From Octopus bimaculoides (taxonomy: Eukaryota), in assembly GCF_001194135.2 (NCBI RefSeq), contig NC_068987.1, forward strand, positions 51,072,825 through 51,105,845: a stretch of 33,021 nucleotides of DNA. The letters are read 5' to 3'. How positions within the stretch are numbered: position 1 is the stretch's first letter; the number at the start of each line of letters is the position of its first letter. A model generated the notes under the pieces. That model was not told the origin of the DNA. It did not search any database and saw nothing but the letters and a program-made list of their open reading frames with translations. This document shows positions 23,145 through 33,021 of the stretch, one piece after another. The position numbers were made by a program, and so were the translations under genes.

Positions 23145-23324
23145 TTTCTACATTCCAAGGTTCGACATCCAAGGTTTCTACATTCCAAGATCGATTTCCA
23201 AGGTTTCTATATTCCAAAGTTTCTACATTCCAAGGTTCGATATCCAAGGGTTTCTACATTCTAAGGTTCGATATCCAAGGTTTCTACATCTCAAGGTTCG
23301 CCATCCAAGGTTCGAAACCCAAGG
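23145..23324 (+). repeat. Tandem array of 12 subunits alternating TTTCTACATTCCAAGG (16 bp) and TTCGAYATCCAAGG (14 bp)
   Basis: Order A B A B A A B A B A B B read directly; no spacers. Confidence 0.95.
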
Positions 23325-24374
23325 TTGCACACCGAATTGATAGACAGATTTTATGTAATCAAGGTTCGAAATTCACTGTCGAAATCGAAGGTTCCAAAAA
23401 CCGAATTTGTACAAAAATGGAAATCCGGATTTTATGAAATCCAAAATTTTTGGAATGCTATTGTTGAAAAATCAAATTTTTGTGAGGCCAATTTTGGGGA
23501 ACCCCAAAACCGGGATAAGGAGTCCGAACGTCTGAACTGCGTATCTACGTTACCAATGTAACATTTGACTGCACGTCTGGTGTAGCATTTGCTGTTTGTT
23601 TGTGTAAATATTTGTTTATGTAAGCTGTTCGTATGCTGACTATTAATAATATTTTACAAAAAAGTCATGGTGTGGTGTTGTTTTAAATTCACTCTATCCA
23701 CGTTGATTCTGTGAATTCGGGTTATGGCCAAGAGGTCGTAACACTAACAATTATCATTGTTTTATAAATTCCAGCCTTGGAATTATGTTTTTCTTTTTTT
23801 TTTTGTCAAGTACCAACTCACACTTTCTAAAACATTTTAATAAATATAAAAACTAATGTCATGCACTGTTGTAGAGAATAGATGCTTGACGGATGTGAAT
23901 GTCGGCGAAAATGAATGCCTCGTCAAAAACTGGGGAATAGAACATCTTTGGAGAAGTAATAAGGAACATGAAGATATTATATCTGGTTTATAAATTTTCT
24001 GTTGTAACTAGTATTATTTACACAAACACTTTGTCGTGCTTGAGGGTGCGTTAAAGTGGCTCCTGCATTAGTTTGAGGACATTCGAAGAGTATTAAAAAA
24101 AGTTTAAACAATAAGGTCTTTATATATCTTGAGCTCATTATGACATTCCACCGAATCGACGAAAACATTCAGCTGTGAGCACTGTCTCTGGAAAGCCGCT
24201 GCACTGAATTAAGTATTATCTGATAAACAACTGTCCAAAATGTTGAGATCAATGGAATCCGCTATTGAATTTGGTAATATTGATGAGTTTTCAGACATAC
24301 TGGGCAGTTAAATATAACCACTCATCTTCTCATTTACAGTGTACTGTTTCTGACATATGGACTACAAATTATAT

Positions 24375-24650
<276 letters not shown>

Positions 24651-25040
24651 TTCGGTTCCACTGGTACATTCTAACCAGGCCGTTTTTGTTTTATGTTTAA
24701 CACCAAGAAACATCTGCCTATTTTGCCTGAAGCTGCAGGAAGAGAAATTAAGTTGTTATTCGCAGAGAGTTATTGATCAGGTAAAAACAGCTTTTTGTCC
24801 AACGTAAATGGAATTTCTTTCGTCGGTTTCCATTTTTGACATTTCACCATGATTTTGGCCAGTTTAATTCCAAATTATTCGTTGGGTAATTTATGCAAAA
24901 CTCTTTTACTTGAACCAGGTTAGGACCTGACCTGCTTTTTGATCAATTTCTGTGTCTATCTATCTAACTATCTATCTATGTGTATGTCTATATATGTGTT
25001 CTTTCGCACGTTCGGATGACCTCTACTCAACTCTATATCT

Positions 25041-26484
25041 TTATTTAGGCATAAAGCCCCAACATAGAATGGACATTTCAAGGACAAACAACACAAAACA
25101 TGGGGTACATGTAAAGTGTGATGAATATGACATGGATTATTTACAATAAAAGGATGAAATGGTTTACGAGCCCCACAAAGCTCGCAGTTCCATTTTACTG
25201 TTCATTTATACAGTATCTTATCGTTTTACCGTTCGTCCGTTATATGTTCAATTAGATCTTCTCTCTCAATCACACCGGGGAGATTCTCATAACGAACATA
25301 TATTTGCGTATGAGCAATTAATTCAGTAAGTGATCCACACAGTTTTTGTATCGTCCCTCTATCCAACAACACCGCTTTCTCATCTGGGTCAAACAAATGC
25401 GGATCCAATCTCACTCTAAGCAAACCTTTAATTTTCGTTAGCTGCTTTTCCAATTCTATATCTCTTTTGTAATACATCAACCAACATTCTTAAGATTCTG
25501 TCCCAATGGTCGTCCTATTCTCCTTACTTTTGGTCTTTGCGCTTGTACTTTCTCCAATCAATCATCTGTTTTCATCCTTTTAATTCTATCGTTTTCACTG
25601 CTTGTTGCTGTCTCCGGTTCCGTGGTTCGATTCTCTGTGTCTTCTGTTTCATCCACATGTGTCTTTTTCACCTTCCCTGCTTTTCTTTTCTTTGGGGTTT
25701 TGGGTGGTGACTCCAGCCTCGACCTTTTTCTGTCTGCCACCGCTTCCCCTTCCGTTCCTTCTACCTCCTCTGCCTCTGCCTCATTGCATATCTCCTCAGT
25801 TTGCACTTCTCGTAGGGGACACTTTGCTTGCATATATCCCCTACTTCTACATTTATAACATACAGGTGGTCTCCCCCTCCACCACAACTCTCTGTCGGGT
25901 CTCATCGGGGAGTACCAATTCCTCGCCAATATTGTGTAAATCTGGTAGGGTCACATGGATTACAACTTCTAAAACCCCACCAGTTGATTTCTCTGGACCT
26001 CTCGACTCTTATAACCTCCATCTCGTCCTTACAATTGAAAATAATGGCTGCCACCAGCCATTCTTCATTCATCTCCGGGGGCACTCTGCCTATTCTTACC
26101 CTTGCGGCGCGTCTTTCGCAATAGGAAGGTAAGAGTGCCCACTCAGCTGCTCTCAAAATCGCACCTCCACTGTGCCGTACCTCTTCCCTCCCGCGTAAAA
26201 GGTCGTCATCACCTTGACCCGACCCAGACACTTCTCCATGTCTCCCGCTGCCGCCACCTCCACATTCCTGGTTTCAACGTTCAGTGTCCTGCACACCATC
26301 ATTCTCTTCTCCGCCCGCCACGTGGCCCTCTTCGGCGGTGTCACCCGAAGGCAATCTCCCTCCTCCACAACTAACTCCACATGCTTCTTCACCCACACTG
26401 AATGCCCCCCCCCCACCTCCGACCAAAAACACAAACGCAACTCTGAAGAACTCTGGTTGGCTACCCCGACGTCTAGACTTCTCC
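25041..26484 (-). mobile_element. ORF1/gag-only non-LTR retroelement (HAL1-like, Tx1-related), 1444 bp, with a 10-bp TSD
   Basis: Direct repeat CTCTATATCT at 25031-25040 and 26485-26494. Inside are a zinc-knuckle ORF1, a ~185-bp 3' UTR resembling the Tx1 ends, and AATAA(A) at the 3' junction. No EN or RT sequence is present. Confidence 0.75.
25226..26440 (-). pseudogene. Frameshifted gag/ORF1-like nucleic-acid-binding protein
   Basis: Stitched frames: ...KRYGTVEVRF / RAARVRIGRVPPEMNEEWLVAAI / LEVVIHVTLPDL...RVVVEG / RPPVCYKCRSRGYMQAKCP (CX2CX4[H>Y]X4C knuckle), an E/K-rich region, and ...EDLIEHITDER*. At least 4 frameshifts; the start is uncertain. Confidence 0.8.
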
Positions 26485-26857
26485 CTCTATATCTACGTAT
26501 TGGGCTAGCCTACTTCATTGTCTGGGGTCGTCAACACAACAATATATAAACCTGAAAATTTGTGTATGCGTGTGCAGTGAGTGTATGCACGTGTTTCTGT
26601 ATTTATACTCGTACCACTACTTATTACCATTCATTTGTAACTGGGTGCCCCAAAAGATATTATTTCTGAGATGAGACTTATAACCCCCAAACCATCACAC
26701 ACATACGAGACTATGGAAATAAGGAGTTCCATGGATATACTTCTCCAACACACACACACACACACACACACAGACACACATACACACACACACACACACA
26801 TACACACACACACACACACAAACATACACACACACACACACATACATTGCTCTGCAA

Positions 26858-26935
26858 GAGCTTCCTACTGTAGCTTCGGCGGGACCAATGTTTTGCAAGG
26901 GAATATGGTAGACGGAAGAAGATCGTCGTATACAT
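26858..26935 (+). mobile_element. Internal fragment of the same SINE family as 14668-15078
   Basis: CTTCCTACTGTAGCTTCGGCGGGACCAA...TGGTAGACGGAAGAAGATCGTCGTATA aligns by eye to the reverse complement of 14920-15000. Confidence 0.6.
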
Positions 26936-26944
26936 ATATACATT

Positions 26945-27024
26945 CCTACCTACCTACCTACCTACCTACCTACCTACCTACCTACCTACCTACCTACATA
27001 CATACATACATACATTACACATAC
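26945..27024. repeat. (CCTA)n grading into (CATA)n
   Basis: Directly visible. Confidence 0.95.
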
Positions 27025-27403
27025 AGCAGCTGCATTCCCGTATACGAGCAAAGCCATTGCTAGAAAGAATCATTGAAATGAGTCATTGATGATGCAATGG
27101 AGGCCTCTTGTATGACTCTTCAGCTCAGCCAATGATTTTTCACCTTCTATGCTGGTTGGCAGACGGAACAGGTACCACAGTATGAAGTCTTTCGATTTGC
27201 CCTTTCAATTCTCCAACTCAAAGGCACGCTTTTCCACAGGTTGTACATGTTCTGTTGTCTAGAATAGCCGTATCACAATTTACAAGCAGTTGATCCTCGT
27301 GAGTTCTTTGATGGTTGATCAGGCCTGCATGACTTAAGAATTTCCTCCCACAAACCATACACATAAAAAGCAATATTCCCTCATTTTCCGCAGGCACATT
27401 TCC
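27025..27403 (-). mobile_element. Decayed segment encoding three C2H2 zinc fingers; probably the 3' end of a LINE (RTE-like)
   Basis: CMVCGRKFLSHAGLINHQRTH (canonical CX2CX12HX3H, 27299-27361), CTTCGKACL*VGELKGQIERLH, and a frameshifted CSVC...KSLAELKSHTRGLH. There are no TGEKP linkers, and it ends in a (TATG)/(TAGG)n tail. The zinc fingers are seen directly; the LINE identity is inferred. Confidence 0.6.
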
Positions 27404-27481
27404 ACACACATACATACATACATACATACATGCATGCATGCATACACACACAAACACATACATATATACATACATATATAT

Positions 27482-29310
27482 CAGAACTGCGATAGCATAA
27501 GAGGAGCCTAGTTTCAATGTAGCTAGCCTACAAGAAAGCCTTTGACTCCGTCCCCCACTCTTGGATGCTAGAAGCCCTTCAACTTGCTAAAGTTCCAGTG
27601 AGAATAGTCAAAACCATAGCTGACCTGCTTTATCGTGGGCTACCGTCTTGAAATTAAACACAAAGAGTGACTATTATCAATGATAGAATACAGTATCGCA
27701 AAGGCATATTCCACGGGAACAGCGTCTCTGATGTTTATACTCTTTGTAAACTCCTTGTCATTCGTGTTAAGGAAGTCTAAAGGATATCTCACTGGTTCAC
27801 AAGCAACCAAAAATACCAAACTTACACACAGTTTCTTTGCGGATGACTTGAAACTTTATGCAAAGGATATGTACGAGATGAGAAAGAACCTTGACCTAGT
27901 TACAACATTTTCAAAGGATGTAAGGTTTGAGTTTGTTCAGGATAAATGTTGTTATATGGTTGTGAAAAGGGCGAAAGCTATAAATCAGATTAGCAACAGC
28001 TCCATCAATGTTTGACTGTTTCCCCTATATCAGACGAAGAATGTTACAGGTATCTAGGGGTGGATGAAAACATCTTACAATGGCAACTGTAACAAAACAC
28101 GTGTCACTAAAGAATTTTACAGCCGAATAGAGAAATTGTGGACCTCAGAATTCTCTGCATTCAATAAAACGGTAGCCCACAATGTGTTTTCAGTGCCAGT
28201 ACTCATACCAACGTTTGGATTGCTTGATTAGACGCTTGATAAGATCTGAGCCATTGATGTAAAAACTCGAAAATTACTTACAAGCTCACATAATTTCTAC
28301 ATAATCAGTAATGAAGAGCTCTTCTACATAAAACGAAAACAAGGCGGTAGGGGGTTAACATCGATCCAAAATGACTTTGAATGTCGTATCAAATCCCTTC
28401 GGCGACATCTTTTAATCACCAAGTGTCGAAGTCTTTCTCTTGACCAAGTTTACATACATGAAGCTGATTACATCATAAAACTTGGAAGGCAGCTCCTTGA
28501 GCAACACTCTTTGTCTGATAACCTAGAATACACGCCCAAATAAGTCGAACGACTCTACCGTAAGGTATCATCAGATGAAAGGATGGAGCCTATATGAACA
28601 GAAGACTATGCATGGATATGTTAGCAGAAAGCTCCGAAATGATAGTAATATTGATCATCAATGCAGTCTATCATGGACCAACGGCTGGATTACTACCTTT
28701 CCCTTTGAAGGGTATGAATTTGCAACATAGGAACAGAAAATATCAACCAAGTACCTGATACATAAAAGGGACAGAGATACAGGAAAATCAGTAAAATGTG
28801 ACAACCGATGCAGATTTTGTGGAGTTAACACTGAAGATATCACCTGCATCATAAGCACTTCTCCGAAAATGGCATTACGGTAAAATCTACCGATGCGGTA
28901 TGATGTTCTAGCTAGGACACGCTATAATGAAATCTGTCGGAAGGATAAGCCCGAGGGCAATAGAATAAGAACCAACAGTATGGTAGAAGCCGTAGCCACT
29001 CATAATATAACCTCAATAAAATGCAGACCTCAATAAAATATAAGCACAACAGACCAGATATAATGATTTGGGATAGAGGAGAGACCTTGGGATATGTAGT
29101 ACATTACCTAAATACCAATCTTGAGAAATTAGGCTTCTCAAAACCAGGAAGAGAAAAGCTAATTCGGAGACTACAGATCCAATACATCAATGGAACTGTA
29201 AAAACCTGTAAAACTTTCCAGAAGTTTATCATTTAAATATATATGAGCACGTCTGGATATACAACTATATGCATGAGAATACATACATAAAACAAAGCAT
29301 ACAAATCTGC
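27482..29310 (+). mobile_element. 5'-truncated R4/Dong-clade (RLE-type) non-LTR retrotransposon, degenerate
   Basis: YKKAFDSVPHSW, RKGIFHGNS, THSFFADDLKLY, YRYLGVDEN, YIKRKQGGRGL, knuckle remnant CRFCGVNTEDITCIISTSPK, HNRPDIMIWDR, and ...GTVKTCKTFQKFII* (stop 29236). Many stops and frameshifts. Confidence 0.9.
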
Positions 29311-29632
29311 ACATATACATACATACATACATACATACATACATACATACATACAAACAAAAATGCCCCGTTTTTTATGTTGAAATTCCAATATTTTATT
29401 GGATACAAAGTAGATGTCCTTTACAGACCAGTCTTGTATCTAAAATGTTGAAACCAATACTAGTGCTGCAAATGCTTTCTGGGATATTGAGTTGTAAGAG
29501 GAGTTTCGACTGCCATATTCCTAAGTCTGGTATAATATTTCCGGGACACTTTATCTTTCTTCATAACAACTTCGTATATTATCTTTTCTTCAAAAACTAG
29601 TTACTTGTAGCGTTCTCTCAATGGAACAGGTG

Positions 29633-29721
29633 AGAGAGAGAGAAAGATAGATAAATTAGATAGATAGAGAGAGAGAAAGAGAGAGAGAGAGATATATATA
29701 GATAGATAAATTAGATAGATG

Positions 29722-29805
<84 letters not shown>

Positions 29806-30110
29806 GAGACCGTTGACGTACAGACTGTGGAGCTGGGGTTGATATTCCACGTACAGCTATCAAACACAAACATTTCCTTTGGCAAAATTCCATTCAAATG
29901 TCATCTGGCAATGATGATATTAATTCCAACTGTTTTATGTATGCATGTATGTATGTATGTATGTATGTATGTATGTATGTATGTATGTATGTATGTATGT
30001 ACGTATGTATGCATGTATGTATTTATTTATGTATGTATATATGTGTATGTATGCATGACATCCATACATGTTATCATGTAAGTATGTATGTATATGTATT
30101 TTATTCATAT
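29633..30110. repeat. (AG)n/(AGAT)n/(AGAC)n (29633-29808) and (ATGT)n (29938-30110) microsatellites
   Basis: Directly visible. Confidence 0.95.
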
Positions 30111-30353
30111 ATGTAGATATGAACACATGCACGTATGAAGCCCAAAATTCGGAGTACGAACGTATTCCGAACTTCAAAATTCCACAGCAAATTGATGGCG
30201 TTGATCAAGCGAAATGTCACTGTCAATAATTTCCTTGTAAAATTTAATAGACATGTGTGCTATTTTTCTATTAAATGGTATTGAGCAATACTTCTAATTA
30301 CAATTTTATATATATATAATTTCACGTAAGATCAATATCCATATCAATACACA

Positions 30354-30424
30354 CATACTCAAACACACACACACACATACTCAAACACACACACACACAT
30401 ACTCAAACACACACACACACATAC
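30354..30424 (+). repeat. 22-bp minisatellite CATACTCAAACACACACACACA x3 plus a partial copy
   Basis: Three identical units at 30354, 30376 and 30398. Confidence 0.95.
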
Positions 30425-30511
30425 ACATATAATGTATATCAGGAAAAGTTTGTATCATATAGTCGTAGTTTCTAAGTACCTGTCAACCTGTTACGGTAAA
30501 AATATAATATA

Positions 30512-31054
30512 CTAGCTGAATGCCCATCGTTGCCGGGCAAATTTCACAATACAATGGCTTTATGTATATATCTATTTTTTATTCCATGTCAGACTATGTC
30601 TTTGCTGACAGAAAGGCCTCTTGATCAGGACAGATTTGTGCAATTTTTCGCCAAAAAAATTTCCCTTTTTCAATTATCTACAGGCCTGTTCGACCGTCTC
30701 ACATAACTTTGGTAATTAAAGTTGATTAAATCTTCACAACTTCTTAGAACATTTGTTATTGTAATGTTTTATTTTAGTCTTGTTTAATAAAATTTCGTCG
30801 TAATGGTTTTGCTCTCATTTGTGATAGACGCTACCATGCAGAAAATCTGAGTTTCCAAATTCTATTTTGTGATTAGGTAAAAATTATCAAACTTTAAACT
30901 TCTGTAACATTTTTCTACAATTTTTGTTACAATTTAATAACAAAATTGGATACAGCGTGACAACTTACACCAATACGCCAAATTTGAAAATGTTCACTTA
31001 CTTTTCAAATTTCAAAACGCGTGACAGTAGCAGAAAAGACATGTGAGTGGTAGA
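30512..31054 (-). mobile_element. Non-autonomous Helitron-like element
   Basis: The minus strand ends GCCC-GGCAACGAT-GGGC (hairpin) ATTCAG CTAG|T, the canonical hairpin + CTRR end inserted before T. The putative 5' A|TC at ~31054 is uncertain. Confidence 0.6.
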
Positions 31055-31770
31055 TAAATACAATTACAAAACGCAAACACACTCGCGCGTGCGCATACAC
31101 ACGGACTCACACACAGACACATACACACACACACAGATGTCCATATACACACATACAAACACAGGCACAGACGCGCATACACACATACATGCAAACACAT
31201 ACTCTCATCATATAGTAGACATATATATGTATGTTTGTATGTTTGTGTGTGTGTATGTGTCTGTGTATGTGTTCGTATGTAGGTATGTGTGTGAGTGTGT
31301 ATATATTTGTTTGTGATGGTCAGCAGAAATGCTACGTGAATAACTTGTCAACTTACCAACCCCTCCCGCCTACCTATTCCTCACAGCCACATTCCTTTGC
31401 CTTCATCAACGTTTTAAAAATAACTTATGTGTATGATCATTGGTACAAGTTTATAAGCGCGCGTGTGCGCATGTTATATTTGTATCTGTGTATTTACGTC
31501 CGTAAGTATGCAGCGCGCATCATAATATATATTCATCTTTCAGTAAGTCACGCCCACTGCTTGGAAATTTCCAAATTTAGATTCCGTAACTTATCTTCTA
31601 TCTTACCCCTCTCACTCAAGTTCACTGCAACTCAGCCCACACCTCACACGTACAGTACACTACAGACAAAATAGTCGAATGATTGGTTGAGGTTTTATAG
31701 GTTATGGGATAGGATATGATACATTGAAAATAGTGGATGCTTCGTCAATTTAATATATTTATTGTTTTAA

Positions 31771-31980
31771 TGTGGTGATCTGGCAGAATTATTACCACAC
31801 CGGAAAAACGCTAAGAGGCACTTCTTCCGACTTTACATTCTGAGCTCAAAGTCTGCCGGAGTCGACTTTGCCTTTTATCATGTGGAGTCGATAAAATGTG
31901 TACCAGTTGTGCACCGGTGTCGATGTTACTGACTTAGTCCTCACCCGAAATTGCTGGCCTTGTCCTAGAATTTGAAACCT
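31771..31980 (+). mobile_element. Degenerate tRNA-derived octopus SINE
   Basis: A-box-like TGGCAGAATT, B-box-like TGAGCTCAAAGTC (31841), body GTCGACTTTGCCTTT...GTCGATAAAAT..GTACCAG, and end AATTTGAAACC. Confidence 0.75.
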
Positions 31981-31989
31981 GTATCAATT

Positions 31990-32220
31990 ATCTTTTAATT
32001 GTTTCAGTCCTCAGACTGCAGCCACGTTAGGACACTGCCTTAATGAAAATTTAATTGAATGTATCTGGCGTTTAATCTGTCGGTCTCTTTTGCCGAAAAA
32101 TAAGTTACGGGTACGTAAACATACCAGCGCCAGTTTTAAAGATGTGTTAGGGGACACACAGATACACACACACATAGATATACATATACACATATATATA
32201 TATACGACGGTCTTCTTTTG
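31990..32220 (-). mobile_element. 3' two-thirds of a SINE of the 14668-15078 family
   Basis: TTGTTTCAGTC, TCGGTCTCTTTTGCCGAA, CGTAAACA.ACCAGC, internal microsatellite and TATACGACGG, all colinear with 14695-14935. Confidence 0.75.
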
Positions 32221-32254
32221 TATCTATACATACAAGTAAATGAATTACTAATCT

Positions 32255-32460
32255 TTTATCTTTGACTTGTTTCTATCATTAGACTGCAATTATATTGGAG
32301 AAGCACCTAGAATAGCATTTTTAGCAGAAATAATCGACCCTAGTTCATTTTGAGAGCCTGATACTTATTCTACCGATCTCTTGTACCAAACCGCTAATTA
32401 AGGTAGACGTAAACAAAGCAACACCGGTTGTCAATTGGTTGTTTGAAGACAAACAGAGAC
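32255..32460 (-). mobile_element. 3' half of another SINE of the same family
   Basis: CTTGTTTC.ATCATT.GACTGC, ATCGACCC, TACTTATTCTA.CG, AACCGCTAA, GACGTAAACA and TTGTCAA, colinear with 14695-14880. Confidence 0.75.
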
Positions 32461-32479
32461 ACGATGCTACAACGTGGGC

Positions 32480-32713
32480 TCCGTTCCGGGACCCGGCGGC
32501 GCGTTGTGTTCTTGAGCTCAACACTTCACTTTCCCGTTGCTGCAGACCACAAAACTGTAAAAAGGTCATCCTGCGTCGGACTACCTTCCGATGTGGGAGA
32601 ATGTTATCCTGCTTGCCTAGCCAGATCAGTAGTACCATATGAAAGCTAAAACGATGCAAACGCATTGTGACCAGTGATGTATAACAACATTCTATAGTGT
32701 GGTTGATCACGTG
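32480..32713 (+). mobile_element. CORE-type SINE, 5' clipped
   Basis: CGGCGGCGCGTTGTGTTCTTGAGC..AACACTT (CORE-like) ... GCATTGTGACCAGTGATGT ... GATCACGTGA end, followed by microsatellite. Confidence 0.7.
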
Positions 32714-32724
32714 AAGTACGCCTA

Positions 32725-32728
32725 TACA

Positions 32729-32762
<34 letters not shown>

Positions 32763-32911
32763 CTTACATACATACTACATCCATCTATCTATCTATCTAT
32801 CCATCCATCCATCTATCTATCGATCTAGCTATCTATCTATCTATCTATATACATATATATATTTAGATATATATATATTTATATGCATGTAGATTTACCA
32901 GCGTGCACTCA

Positions 32912-32954
<43 letters not shown>

Positions 32955-32978
32955 GCGCTCGCACACACAAACAAACAC

Positions 32979-33021
<43 letters not shown>
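32725..33021. repeat. Compound (CATA)/(ATCT)/(CA)/(TA) microsatellite to the window end
   Basis: Directly visible. Confidence 0.95.

Noticed and set aside
23145-23324. CRISPR-like periodic array and its periodic ORF (23076-23264)
   Set aside because: No unique spacers, no cas genes, eukaryotic context; the peptide periodicity simply reflects the 30-bp unit.
25602-26549. Plus-strand ORFs of 74-176 aa
   Set aside because: Antisense shadows of the purine-rich minus-strand ORF1.
27299-27361. Host C2H2-ZNF gene exon
   Set aside because: No TGEKP linkers, a stop and a frameshift in fingers 2-3, no splice sites, and a microsatellite tail.

Overview
AT-rich, microsatellite-saturated eukaryotic DNA from a draft scaffold with six N gaps. 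It is very probably an octopus genome; this is inferred from the SINE/LINE families and microsatellite load and was not checked by search. I find no intact protein-coding gene, true tRNA/rRNA or CRISPR array, and most ORFs in the track are simple-repeat or gap artefacts. The window is mostly decayed transposons: two head-to-head pogo-superfamily DNA transposons (a DD35D Passer-type and a DD30D Tigger-type) sharing one (TA)n tract, several Tx1/L1-clade LINE fragments, an R4/Dong-clade RLE retrotransposon, a LINE-like 3' fragment with three C2H2 zinc fingers, a Penelope GIY-YIG remnant, a Helitron-like element and at least eight SINE copies. The best novelty candidate is a 1.44-kb, TSD-bounded retroelement (25041-26484) that encodes only a gag/ORF1-like protein and ends in a Tx1-like 3' UTR, i.e. 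a HAL1/HeT-A-like non-autonomous element. Other notable items are a short 3' hairpin shared by four LINE ends, a perfect 48-bp local templated insertion, an alternating 16/14-bp tandem array and fold-back CA-TA-TG microsatellites. Family assignments come from manual translation and motif recall; most boundaries are approximate.
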